DNA of 64,000 bases from Candidatus Dormiibacterota bacterium (GTDB lineage Bacteria > Chloroflexota > Dormibacteria > Dormibacterales > Dormibacteraceae), in contig DASWBB010000079.1 in the NCBI GenBank assembly GCA_036390875.1, positions 5,086 to 69,085 on the forward strand, given 5' to 3'. Position numbers and translations under genes: made by a program. How positions within the stretch are numbered: the stretch's first letter is position 1; every line of letters starts with the position of its first letter. Positions 37,708 to 46,716 of the stretch are shown one piece after another. Under the pieces are notes generated by a model, which was not told the origin of the DNA, ran no database searches, and worked only from the letters and a program-made list of their open reading frames with translations.

Positions 37708-38406
37708 CTATGGCACGGGTGGTGGGGAGATCGTGACAGCGGCGTTGAAACCGGTCAGGCCAACCTCGACCGAGCTCGCGGTGCCGTTGTCACCGAAGAG
37801 ACCCGACAGCACCGCCTTGCGGATGAGGTGGTCCGAGCCTCCGATCCAGAGCACGGCGTCCACATCGCCCGACGAGTTGAGCTGCGGGAGCATGCTGTGA
37901 ATCTGGCTCGCCGTGTAAGTCGCCTCGACCTTGTGCGAGTCCACATCGCCGATCTTGTCAGCTCCCAGGTACTTCGGCTTGACTCCGGTGGGGATGATCG
38001 CCGGCAAGCCGCCTTGGGCCCCGAACAGCCTGGCGAGGTCCGGGATCGCACCGGCATCCGCACCGGTGAGCTCGGTATAGCTCGAGAACGGGGGTCGCAG
38101 GTAAACGCGGCCGCCGATGATGATGACCTCCAACGCGAACTGGACGTCCTGTTTGCGCACGGTAAAGGTGGTGTCGCTGTCGGTTGGGAGCCGCAGTGTG
38201 GCCGCGGCCTTGACCAGCGAGAAGGTCTGGAACGTGACCGTGCCTTTGGTGAAGGTGAGGGTTGCGCTGACCGTTTTCAGCTTCGCCATCGCAGCGCCGC
38301 CCTCGCGTAGTGCCTGCGCGGGGTCCTCGGGCTGGAGCCCACCACATGCGGCCAGCACGACCACCACCAGCGCACCGGCGCAGAGCGACGCTTGCGAGGT
38401 CCGCAT
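37708..38406 (-). CDS. LppX/LprAFG-family lipoprotein (LprG-like)
   Basis: Start moved to MRTSQASLCAGALVVVVLAACGG (signal peptide plus LAAC lipobox). The mature region shows the family pattern (KLKTVSATLTF..., GGRVYLRPP..., KIGDVDSHKVE...). Lies directly upstream of the MFS gene. Confidence 0.7.
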   Translation of the reverse strand: MRTSQASLCAGALVVVVLAACGGLQPEDPAQALREGGAAMAKLKTVSATLTFTKGTVTFQTFSLVKAAATLRLPTDSDTTFTVRKQDVQFALEVIIIGGRVYLRPPFSSYTELTGADAGAIPDLARLFGAQGGLPAIIPTGVKPKYLGADKIGDVDSHKVEATYTASQIHSMLPQLNSSGDVDAVLWIGGSDHLIRKAVLSGLFGDNGTASSVEVGLTGFNAAVTISPPPVP

Positions 38407-38473
38407 CACACAAGTATCAGCCCCGCCTACGACCCATTTGTGACGCGCCCCGGCCCGTTTGTGACGGGTCGCT

Positions 38474-39730
38474 TCAATCAGGGCGGTCGTCGGCCGCACG
38501 CACGATGAGGCGGATGGGCCGGTCTAAGAACAGGTAGTCCCAGGCCCAGTTCACGAGGACGACGACGCGGCTGCGGAAGCTGACGACGTTGATGAGATGG
38601 ACGGTCAGCCACATCAACCAGCCCAGGAATCCTTTCAGGCGAACCGGTCCGAGCTGCGCGACCGCCGAGTTGCGGCCGATCGTGGCCATGATTCCGGGGT
38701 CCCTGTAATCGAAGTTCGTCGCGCCATATCCCCGCAGCACGTCGCGGATGGTGGCGGCCACATGCCGGCCCTCCTGCATCGCTACCGGGATGAGCATGGG
38801 CAGGGGAGTGCCACCGTCGGTCGCTCCCGCGAGGTCGCCGATCACGAACACCTCGGGATGTCCGGTCATCTGCAGGGTCGGCAGCACCTGGACACGCGCC
38901 TGCCGGGCGAGCGGGAGGCGCATGGCGCTCCCCAGGTCTGAAGCGCGAACCCCCGCCGTCCAGATCACCGTCGATGCCGGGATCTCGTGCCCGTCCAACA
39001 GGAGGATCGAACTTGCCGTCACATCCGCCACCTTCGCCTTCAGCAGGACCTCGACGCCCTTCTTCTCGAGCGATTTGCGGGCAGCGTCCCGCAGCGGCTC
39101 GGCGAACGTCCCCAGGAGCGAACCCGCCGCCTCGAGCAAGACCACTCGCACGAGGCCGAGGTCGAGGTCGCGATAGTCCTTGGCCAGGACCAGGTGGATC
39201 AGCTCGGAAAGCGCGCCGGCCATCTCGACCCCGGTCGGTCCGCCACCAACCACCGCGAACGTGAGCAGCGTCCGCCGCCGCTCGCGATCGTCAGTCCATC
39301 GGGCCTCCTCAAAGCGCATCAGGATGCGGTTTCTCACGGCCAGGCCGTCATCGAGCTCCTTCAAGCCGAAAGCGTGTCGCATGAGTGATGCGTTGCCGAA
39401 GTAATCGCTCTGGCTGCCCGAGGCCAGGACCAGGTAGTCATAAGCCAGCGGTCCGCGCTCGGTGAGCAGCTGCCGCTGTTCGAAGTCGGCGCCGGTGATC
39501 TTCGCGAGCAGGAAGTCCACGTTGCGCAAGGGCCGGATGAGCTGCCGCACAGGGCGGGCGATCTCGCCCGGGTCGAGCACGGCCGAGGCGACCTGGTAGA
39601 GGAGCGGCGTGAAGAGGTGGTAGTTGTTGCGGTCGACCAGCAGCACGTCGACCGGCGCCTTCTTCAACGCTCGCGCGCAGGTAAGGCCGCCGAAGCCGGC
39701 GCCCGCGATCACGACCCGCGGCCGGGTCAT
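38474..39730 (-). CDS. ndh: type II NADH dehydrogenase (NDH-2)
   Basis: Two dinucleotide folds (VVIAGAGFGG, VVGGGPTGVE) and a C-terminal membrane-association region. The ATG overlaps the stop of the upstream LigD polymerase gene. Confidence 0.85.
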   Translation of the reverse strand: MTRPRVVIAGAGFGGLTCARALKKAPVDVLLVDRNNYHLFTPLLYQVASAVLDPGEIARPVRQLIRPLRNVDFLLAKITGADFEQRQLLTERGPLAYDYLVLASGSQSDYFGNASLMRHAFGLKELDDGLAVRNRILMRFEEARWTDDRERRRTLLTFAVVGGGPTGVEMAGALSELIHLVLAKDYRDLDLGLVRVVLLEAAGSLLGTFAEPLRDAARKSLEKKGVEVLLKAKVADVTASSILLLDGHEIPASTVIWTAGVRASDLGSAMRLPLARQARVQVLPTLQMTGHPEVFVIGDLAGATDGGTPLPMLIPVAMQEGRHVAATIRDVLRGYGATNFDYRDPGIMATIGRNSAVAQLGPVRLKGFLGWLMWLTVHLINVVSFRSRVVVLVNWAWDYLFLDRPIRLIVRAADDRPD

Positions 39731-40734
39731 TTTGCGGAGGGCTTGCTAGACCGTCCTGGGCCGCCCCGCCGCCGGTTGGCCATCTTCTCCAGGGCGACCC
39801 CGCCGCCGGTGGCTTCGAGCAGTGACCTGGGCAGCTTCTGCTTCTTCTTCGCCACCGGCTCGAAGAGGTCGCCCAGCTTGGCGACACGCTTCAGGACCTG
39901 CTCCGAGTCGAACACGAGCAGGTTCGGATCCTTTGCCTTCAGGCACTTCTCGACCTCGTCCCACGTCACCGGAGTGGAAACCGTCGGCCGCGCACGGGCG
40001 CGCAGCGAGTACACGTTCACCGTCGTCTTGTACTCGTCGTTCTGGCTCCAGTCGATGAGGACGCGACCGGTGCGGAGCTCCTTCAGCTGTTTGTGAACGA
40101 CCAGCTCCGGGTGCTGCTCTTCGAACAGCTGCGCAAGTCCTTTCGATACGACCTTCGTCTCCACGTATGTGACCTTGGTGTTCAGCGGAACGTAGAGCTG
40201 CAGGCCCTTCGACCCCGACGTCTTGGCGTAGCACTCGAGGCCGTGCTCCGCGAAGACGTCGCGCAGCATCAAACCGATGCGGCAGCACTCGACGATGGTC
40301 GCGGGCGGCCCGGGGTCGAGGTCGAAGACCAGCGTCCGCGGCTCGGGCAGGTTCGAGGCGAGCGAAAGCGAGGTGTGGAACTCGAGCGTTGCAATTTGGG
40401 CCAGCCACACCAATGTCGGCAGGTCCTGGCACAGGCAGTAGTACATGTCGCGGTTGTTCCCGCCGCTCCAGACTTTCGCCGTCTCCACCCACGGCGGGCG
40501 GTGCTTCGGACAGTTCTTCTCATAGAAGAACTCGGCGTCGACTCCGTTGGGATAGCGCTTGAGCGTGAGCGGGTGGTTGCGGGTGTGCGGGAGGATCGCC
40601 GGGGCGATGCGCGTGTAGTAATCGATCACCTGCCCCTTGGTGAAACCGACCTCGGGATACAGGACCTTCTCGAGGTTGGTCAGCTTGAGCGTGCGAGCTT
40701 CGATCTTGACTTCGACCTCGGTGCTTTTAGCCAC
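39727..40734 (-). CDS. NHEJ DNA polymerase/primase (stand-alone LigD polymerase domain)
   Basis: LTNLEKVLYPEVGFTKGQVIDYYTRIAP and the KTSGSKGLQLYVPL motif of the AEP-type LigD PolDom. Confidence 0.88.
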   Translation of the reverse strand: MAKSTEVEVKIEARTLKLTNLEKVLYPEVGFTKGQVIDYYTRIAPAILPHTRNHPLTLKRYPNGVDAEFFYEKNCPKHRPPWVETAKVWSGGNNRDMYYCLCQDLPTLVWLAQIATLEFHTSLSLASNLPEPRTLVFDLDPGPPATIVECCRIGLMLRDVFAEHGLECYAKTSGSKGLQLYVPLNTKVTYVETKVVSKGLAQLFEEQHPELVVHKQLKELRTGRVLIDWSQNDEYKTTVNVYSLRARARPTVSTPVTWDEVEKCLKAKDPNLLVFDSEQVLKRVAKLGDLFEPVAKKKQKLPRSLLEATGGGVALEKMANRRRGGPGRSSKPSAK

Positions 40735-42157
40735 CTTCGCGCACCACCTCTGGCGCAGGTTTGTCCGTCCGCAGTCCCTTGAAAGCGGGCGCGCGCAGCT
40801 GGCCGGACCGGGTCCACTCCACGAACTCGAACTCTCCCACGAGCCTGGGCTCGACGAAATGGGCCGCCTTCGGCGGGGTGCCTCGGTCGAACGGGCTGGT
40901 CTTGCGCTCGATCGGCTTCATCAGCTTGCTTAGCTTCTCAAGCATCTCGTCTGTGAAGCCCGTACCGACCTTGCCCGCGAACACGAAATCCCCCTTGTCG
41001 TAATAGCCCACCAGCAGCGCACCGGGATATCCGCGCCGCTTGCCCTCGCCTTCGAGCCAGCCTGCGATCACAAGCTCCTGGCCCATCCGGTTCTTGAGCT
41101 TGACCCACGCGCCGCTGCGCTTGCCGGGCTCGTAGGACGAGTCGAGCTTCTTGCCCATGATGCCTTCGAGGCCCGCCTTGCGGCTGGCCTCACGCATGGT
41201 CGGCCCGCCTCCCTTTTCGTAGGGCGGGGTCTGCCAGGCAGCGCCTTTCAGCTTCAAAGCTTCCAGCCTCTTACGCCGGCCGGTGTACGGCTCTTTGAGC
41301 AGCGAATGCCCGTCCTGCCACATGAGGTCGAACAGCATGTAGGTGACGGGGACTTCCTTCATCTTCCGGCGGATCTCCGACTCGGACGAAAGGCCCATAC
41401 GCTGCTGGATCTCCTCGAAGCTGGGGCGGCCCTTCTCGTCGAGAGCGACGATCTCGCCGTCGAGGACGACCTCGCTGGATCCCAGCGCGCGGCCCAGAGC
41501 GTGAATCTCCGGGTAGCGCGCAGTCACGTTCTCGCCGCTGCGGCTCAAGAGCTTTACGACCCCGCCTTCGACGTATGCCTCGGCCCTGATGCCGTCCCAC
41601 TTGAACTCGAAGCCCCACGCTTCGTCAGGCGTGGGTGGCTTCTTGACGAGCTTGGCGAGCATCGGCTCGATGCGCTCGGGCATCGGCTTGCGCTCGGGAT
41701 CCTGCGGCGGATCCATGCGGTGGATCATCCAGTTGTCCCCGTTGGTCCGAAACAGGACGTAGCGACCCTTGAGCTTCTTTCCGTGCAGGACGACCATGAC
41801 CTCGCGATCGGAGAATTTCTCGGTGTCGTACGTCCCGCTGTCCCAGATCAGGACCTTGCCGGCGCCGTAGTTGCCGGCCGGAATGTCGCCGTGGAAGCCG
41901 ATGTAGTCGAGCGGGTGATCCTCGACGTGGACCGCGAGGTGGTTCTTCTTGGGGTCGGCCGGGACCCCCTTGGGCACCGCCCACGAGACGAGGACGCCGT
42001 CCTTCTCGAGCCGGAAATCCCAATGCAGGCGCCGCGCGTGATGCTCCTGCACGACGAACCGAGGCGCCTTCGTCTCTTTGCGCGGGACCTTGGCGCCTGG
42101 TTCGGGTGTCTTTTTGAAATCGCGTTTGGCCTCGTACTCAGCGAGCTTCCTGGCCAC
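40727..42157 (-). CDS. ligD: ATP-dependent DNA ligase LigD: 3'-phosphoesterase plus ligase domains
   Basis: N-terminal PE domain (FVVQEHHARRLHWDFRLE), then the ligase adenylation motif I EFKWDGIR and an OB-fold region. 8-nt overlap with the PolDom gene. Confidence 0.9.
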   Translation of the reverse strand: MARKLAEYEAKRDFKKTPEPGAKVPRKETKAPRFVVQEHHARRLHWDFRLEKDGVLVSWAVPKGVPADPKKNHLAVHVEDHPLDYIGFHGDIPAGNYGAGKVLIWDSGTYDTEKFSDREVMVVLHGKKLKGRYVLFRTNGDNWMIHRMDPPQDPERKPMPERIEPMLAKLVKKPPTPDEAWGFEFKWDGIRAEAYVEGGVVKLLSRSGENVTARYPEIHALGRALGSSEVVLDGEIVALDEKGRPSFEEIQQRMGLSSESEIRRKMKEVPVTYMLFDLMWQDGHSLLKEPYTGRRKRLEALKLKGAAWQTPPYEKGGGPTMREASRKAGLEGIMGKKLDSSYEPGKRSGAWVKLKNRMGQELVIAGWLEGEGKRRGYPGALLVGYYDKGDFVFAGKVGTGFTDEMLEKLSKLMKPIERKTSPFDRGTPPKAAHFVEPRLVGEFEFVEWTRSGQLRAPAFKGLRTDKPAPEVVREGG

Positions 42158-42166
42158 AAGGAAAGG

Positions 42167-42868
42167 TTAGGCCACGGCGGCTTGTGCCTTCTTGAGCCGC
42201 ACTTCCAGGCCGATTCCTTGCGTGGTGATTGCGCACGAGTGGAAGGGACTGTCAGCGGCGATGCGCGTGAACCGAGCCGGCGAGTAGGCCCGGCGCTTGA
42301 GCATCTCCAGCGTGGCGGTGGTTGAGAAAGCGCTCCACCAGCCAAGGTGCATCTTCTGCACCTCCAGGTTGATGTCCGCGTGGGTTGCCTCGCTGCTCAT
42401 GTCCTGGATCACCGCTGTCCCGCTGCTACGCAGGACGCGATACATCTCGTCCAGGGCGCTCGCCGGATGCACGAAGTTCTTGAAGGCGGCCTGGCAGACG
42501 ATCAGGTCGAATGAATCCGCCTCGAACGGCATCACCGCGGCGTCACCCAGGCGGAAGTCGACGCTGACTCCTGCCTCTCGGGCGTGTTCGGTTCCGATCT
42601 GAACGAACGTGCGGCTTATGTCCAGTCCCGTGATATGGAATCCAAGCCGTGCGATCTCGACGGCCAGATATCCGGGGCCGGGCGCCACCTCGAGCACTTT
42701 CGCGCCCGCCGGCAGGCCTTCCGTGAGCCGAGCGGCCTGCTTCCTGTACTCCTCGATCTGGGTCCCCGAGCGGCGAACCCTGGCGTACCAGCGCGCCACC
42801 GCCCCTTCCATCTCAGGACCCTTGATCCGCCACCGCGCTGTTGCTCTTGCCTGCATCTCTCTCCTCAT
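42167..42868 (-). CDS. class I SAM-dependent methyltransferase
   Basis: Motif I VLEVAPGPGYLA. Divergent from the TetR-family gene. Confidence 0.8.
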   Translation of the reverse strand: MRREMQARATARWRIKGPEMEGAVARWYARVRRSGTQIEEYRKQAARLTEGLPAGAKVLEVAPGPGYLAVEIARLGFHITGLDISRTFVQIGTEHAREAGVSVDFRLGDAAVMPFEADSFDLIVCQAAFKNFVHPASALDEMYRVLRSSGTAVIQDMSSEATHADINLEVQKMHLGWWSAFSTTATLEMLKRRAYSPARFTRIAADSPFHSCAITTQGIGLEVRLKKAQAAVA

Positions 42869-42873
42869 GAATG

Positions 42874-42892
42874 ACCCTAACGGCGTTAGGGT
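42874..42892 (+). promoter_or_regulatory. palindromic operator 1 in the divergent methyltransferase/TetR region
   Basis: accctaac-ggc-gttagggt, perfect 8+3+8 palindrome. Confidence 0.55.
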
Positions 42893-42912
42893 CTGAGGGA
42901 CGCCATGTTACC

Positions 42913-42927
42913 CCTAACAGTGTTAGG
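42913..42927 (+). promoter_or_regulatory. palindromic operator 2 (same half-site)
   Basis: cctaac-agt-gttagg, the same CCTAAC-N3-GTTAGG core, 39 nt downstream of operator 1. Confidence 0.55.
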
Positions 42928-42936
42928 ATTGCAAGC

Positions 42937-44082
42937 GTGAAGGAAAAAGAGTCCGGCCTGAGCCGGGCGCGGCTGGTGTCGGAGGCGCTGGCGTTGGTCC
43001 AGGAAGAGGGGCTGGACGCGCTGTCGATGCGCGGGCTGGCCGACCGGCTCAACGTCAAAGCCGCGTCGCTGTACTGGCATGTCCGAGATCGCGGGGAGCT
43101 GCTCGAGCTGCTGGCCGAGTCGATCCTGGAGGGTGTCCGGCCGGCCCGCAAACGCATTGATTGGCGGTCCGCCGTGCGCGAAGCGGCGGCTGCGCTGGGC
43201 GAGCGGGTCGCGGCCCAGAAGGACGCGAATCGGATCCTGCTCGAGGTTCCCGACTCCCTGACCGGCAGCGCCACCTACACGACGTTGCAAGGCCGGCTCG
43301 AGGCTGCGGGTCTGAGTTCGGCCGAGGCCTCTGAGGTCGCCTTGATGGCCATGGTCCACGTCGTCGTGTCGCCGGCGCCGGCTCAACAGCCTGCGATGGA
43401 AACGGGCTCGGTCGCCTCGATCGCGATCGACTCAGGATCGCGAGGCGTGCGCGTGCGACCCGGCGCCGGCATGCAAGGGCTCATCAGAACCGCCCCCGAC
43501 CGGGCCTCGGCCGCACCGGCCATCGTCCATGGCGAGAGAGTTGTCGTTCGGAGGCTGCGCGGCGTCGGCTACGGCGAGATCGAGCTGAACCCGCGCCGTC
43601 CCTGGCGTTTCCAGATCCAGGGTGCGACGTGGAACACGGTGCTCGAGGTCGGCGGTCTAGACGTCCGGGCGATCAAGCTCGACAGCGGGGCGGCGAAGGT
43701 GGAGTGCTTTCTGCCTCGGCCTCGAGGCGTGGTGCCGATCGAGGTCTCGGGGGGCGTGGTCGGTTTGAGCCTGCACCGGCCGCGCGGTGTGGCGGTGGCC
43801 GCCGACATCAGCCCCGGCGCCCTGCGCGTGAAGCTGGACGACTACGCGGTCAAAGCCACGGTTTCCGATTCGCAGTGGGAGAGCGAGCCGGGAGCGTCCG
43901 GGGCGCCCGACCGGTATCACCTGCGTATCAACAGCGGCGCTGTCCAGGTCACGCTCGACTCGGAGGCGAAAGCGGTCGATCCGGTTCTCCCCGAGGTTCC
44001 GGTGAAGGCGGTGGGAGCGCCGGTATCCGCGCTAGACATCCTGCTCGACGGCGTCGAGCGCCGCGTGAGCTCGCGCCCTTAG
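42937..44082 (+). CDS. TetR-family regulator fused to a ~200-aa beta-rich C-terminal domain
   Basis: GTG start chosen just downstream of the two operators. TetR HTH LSMRGLADRLNVKAASLYWHVRDR. The C-terminal half is made of short alternating beta-like repeats (VRVRPG, IELNP, VLEVGG, IEVSGGVVGLSL, VQVTLD). Confidence 0.75.
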   Translation: MKEKESGLSRARLVSEALALVQEEGLDALSMRGLADRLNVKAASLYWHVRDRGELLELLAESILEGVRPARKRIDWRSAVREAAAALGERVAAQKDANRILLEVPDSLTGSATYTTLQGRLEAAGLSSAEASEVALMAMVHVVVSPAPAQQPAMETGSVASIAIDSGSRGVRVRPGAGMQGLIRTAPDRASAAPAIVHGERVVVRRLRGVGYGEIELNPRRPWRFQIQGATWNTVLEVGGLDVRAIKLDSGAAKVECFLPRPRGVVPIEVSGGVVGLSLHRPRGVAVAADISPGALRVKLDDYAVKATVSDSQWESEPGASGAPDRYHLRINSGAVQVTLDSEAKAVDPVLPEVPVKAVGAPVSALDILLDGVERRVSSRP

Positions 44083-44200
44083 CCGTTCGCGAACGCGCCC
44101 GAGTCATGGACACCAGGGCCGTAATGCAGGTGCGTCCCAGGCTCTTTGGGTGCAACCGCCTGGTTCAATACCGTTTGGGGTTGGGTCACGTTACACCGTC

Positions 44201-45427
44201 ATGAGACGGCTGATTTTCTCCCTGACATTGATCCTCTCACTGATGCCGGCGGCGGTCGCTTGCGGTTCCACTCAGGCCCGACAAGCGACCTCCCCCCCGG
44301 CGGCGAGCTCTCCCAGCGCGATCGCGAGCCCTGGCGCTACCCCTTCGGCGGCTCTTCTGTTCGCCGTCCTCGAAGCCAAGATTCCAGGGAGCCCGGACAC
44401 ATGGAACACTGTTGCGATCGCCGGCCTCGACGGCTACGCGCGGGCCAAAACCACGTTCACGCCGATGCCGGTACCAGCCACCGGCTGCATGGGGGCGATC
44501 CTTCAGCCGTCGGCGCACGTCGCCGCCGGCAAGGTCTTCTATGCAGACGCCAAGGGCGTCGTCCGAAGCCTCGCGATCGACGGAACGGTCACCACCGTTA
44601 CCACGTTCCCGATGACTTCGAGCCAGCAAATGCTGTCGTTCGCGGTGAGCCCGGACGGCACCGGGCTGCTGGGCGCAGTCTTCACCGTCCCGATGAATGC
44701 GTTTCCATGCGATGGCTCGTCCTCAAGTGCGAGCTACAGCTTCGACACGTACACGGCAATCAGCGGCCTTCCAAGCCGACTGGTTGATCATCAGACCTGG
44801 ACCAAGCCTCAAAACGTCCTTGCTTTGACTGGCTGGGACGCGGTCGGGCCGATCGGCACGTACCCCACGGTCTGGGCGTCGCAAGGTGGAGGCCCCGGCT
44901 CGACGCTCGGCGTCTTCGTGAGGGTCGACGCGGCCACGGTCAAGCCTCTGGCGCCGCTCGGCGACCCCGCCACGTGCCGGGTGTGGAACACCGTATCGAG
45001 CGGCGCGTTTGTCTGCATGGGAGACGGCGTCATGACTGGAGGCGGCACCGCGAACCAGAAAGTCAACCAGCCGGTGAGCGTTCGAAACGCGGATGGGACA
45101 GAGCTGTGGCACCACACTGTGACGGGACAGAACGGTCCCTTCGGGCCCTTTCTCGCCCCAGATGGACAACGCCTGATGATCTGCTGTAACGACCTGAACC
45201 TGGCCGATTCACGCGAGTTGCTCGTCGGTCGCGACGGCACCGAGGTCAACCTGGCGACTGGTTTCCGCGCGTCTGGTTGGCTCAATTCGAGGACGATGGT
45301 CGGATGGGTGAACACCAATCCGTTGAGTCAGGGTCCATTCCCCCTGGCGTATGTCGCCGAAAACGCGCCGGGCACCGTCGTGTCGATGGGATTCACGGGC
45401 CTGTTCGTGGGCACCGTTAGCGGATAG
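44201..45427 (+). CDS. secreted lipoprotein, beta-propeller-like, function unknown
   Basis: Start moved to MRRLIFSLTLILSLMPAAVACGS (signal peptide plus lipobox). Ser/Pro linker followed by a repetitive beta-rich body. Confidence 0.6.
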   Translation: MRRLIFSLTLILSLMPAAVACGSTQARQATSPPAASSPSAIASPGATPSAALLFAVLEAKIPGSPDTWNTVAIAGLDGYARAKTTFTPMPVPATGCMGAILQPSAHVAAGKVFYADAKGVVRSLAIDGTVTTVTTFPMTSSQQMLSFAVSPDGTGLLGAVFTVPMNAFPCDGSSSSASYSFDTYTAISGLPSRLVDHQTWTKPQNVLALTGWDAVGPIGTYPTVWASQGGGPGSTLGVFVRVDAATVKPLAPLGDPATCRVWNTVSSGAFVCMGDGVMTGGGTANQKVNQPVSVRNADGTELWHHTVTGQNGPFGPFLAPDGQRLMICCNDLNLADSRELLVGRDGTEVNLATGFRASGWLNSRTMVGWVNTNPLSQGPFPLAYVAENAPGTVVSMGFTGLFVGTVSG

Positions 45428-45490
45428 AGGAGTCGACCGGACCCCGCTCGCTCGGCTCCGAATCTCCAGCGCAAACGCTTGGAGCCACCC

Positions 45491-45638
45491 ATGGTTCTTC
45501 TCGCCGTGGAACCGGACCGGCGGCACCCGACATCACGCCGGTCACCGACCTGATCACCACGTGGATTCACATCGGCCAGGCGCTGGTCGCATCGATCGGC
45601 GCCTTAGCGTTCATCTTCGCGTTAGCGCGTATGTCATG
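45491..45638 (+). pseudogene. frameshifted, truncated duplicate of the 5' end of the pilin-like gene at 46717
   Basis: atgGttcttctcgccg is followed by ~14 extra nt that break the frame, then 98 nt nearly identical to 46738-46835. The reading frame of the conserved part has no ATG/GTG/TTG start and ends at TGA 45636-45638. Confidence 0.7.
45526..45623 (+). repeat. direct repeat, left copy
   Basis: By manual alignment, 95 of 98 positions are identical to 46738-46835. Confidence 0.85.
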
Positions 45639-45826
45639 AACACGCCCGCCCGTTGAAACCGTGCATGGCGACCCGTAAGGACCCGCCGCACGCGTTCGGC
45701 GGTGGTTGCGGGCGGGCCTAGAATGCGACCCGAATCGATGGCCAGGGACGTTCGGGTGGACCTGCAGCTCGGGCTGACTGGCGAACCTATCTCCGCCTGC
45801 GCAGTGGCGGGCTGGAGTCAGATCGC

Positions 45827-46381
45827 GTGCGGGTGATCCGCCCGGGCCCGTTCGGGTACGTTTACGCGCTGTTCTTCCCTGCCCTAGCGATCATCTTCGG
45901 GCTTGGGATCATCTTCGACAGTTCGTTCACGCACGGAAAGGACTTAGCCGTTCGGCTCCCACCCGGCTTGTTCGTTCTCCTCGCCGGCGCATTTCCGGCG
46001 GCCCACTTTCTCGGCATACGGATCGAGGTGAATTCGAGCCAGGTGAGCAAGGTCTACCTGTTTGGGCTCGTACGCGAGAGCATTCCCATCTCCCAGCTGG
46101 CGGGCAACGTGGAATACAGGCACACGCGGGGAAGCACTTACCCGTATGCGCGCTTCATGAACGCGGATGGCCCGGGCGCGTTTAACCTGTATCCGAGGCA
46201 GGTGTGGCGGTCGAGTGACGTGAACGAGTTGCTTCGGCTCGCGACGCGCCCGTGGGGTTTTGCGGCCTCGCCCAAGCGTCAGCACGGCGCGCTCCTCGCG
46301 ATCCCGCTCCTGGTCGCGATCGCCGTGTTCATGTTGCTATTTGTCTGGTTTGCCATTGAGCGGAACGCAGCGGTCAGATGA
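45827..46381 (+). CDS. hypothetical membrane protein (2 N-terminal TM, soluble middle, C-terminal TM)
   Basis: 184-aa ORF. Visibly more A/T-ending codons (gtt, ttt, cct, cta, tta, agt, att) than flanking genes. Followed by a 335-nt low-GC spacer. Confidence 0.5.
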   Translation: MRVIRPGPFGYVYALFFPALAIIFGLGIIFDSSFTHGKDLAVRLPPGLFVLLAGAFPAAHFLGIRIEVNSSQVSKVYLFGLVRESIPISQLAGNVEYRHTRGSTYPYARFMNADGPGAFNLYPRQVWRSSDVNELLRLATRPWGFAASPKRQHGALLAIPLLVAIAVFMLLFVWFAIERNAAVR

Positions 46382-46627
46382 TTTGCTTGTAGTGGATGAC
46401 AAAAAGCAGCCGTCGGCTGGGGATTCAGGTCAGATTGTCGCGACGCGCTCCGTTACGCTCCACTCTGCAATCCCACTAGCCCCAAAGTTACCTCCGCCCA
46501 CCGATAGGGAAAGAAACGAGTCTCGCCTCGCTTGACCCGACATTTGTGCAGAAGTGGTCGTATCCCAAGTTCCGGATACAGCAAAAAACTGCACAGATGG
46601 CGTGTTCTAAGCAGTCGCATTTGAAGA

Positions 46628-46656
46628 TTGACGGGATCTTGAGACGCCCTTAACAA
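46628..46656 (+). promoter_or_regulatory. candidate promoter of the pilin-like operon
   Basis: TTGACG, 17-nt spacer, TAACAA, located 60 nt upstream of the ATG at 46717. GGAGG RBS at 46706-46710. Confidence 0.35.
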
Positions 46657-46716
46657 CCTGAGTTCCCGCCGGCGCTTTTCGCTCCTAGCCTCCGACTAAA
46701 ACCGCAGGAGGCTCGC

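Noticed and set aside
36194-37900. 568-aa plus-strand ORF
   Set aside because: Antisense to the DHA2 MFS transporter and the LprG-like gene. Highly charged Arg/Glu/Gly-rich translation.
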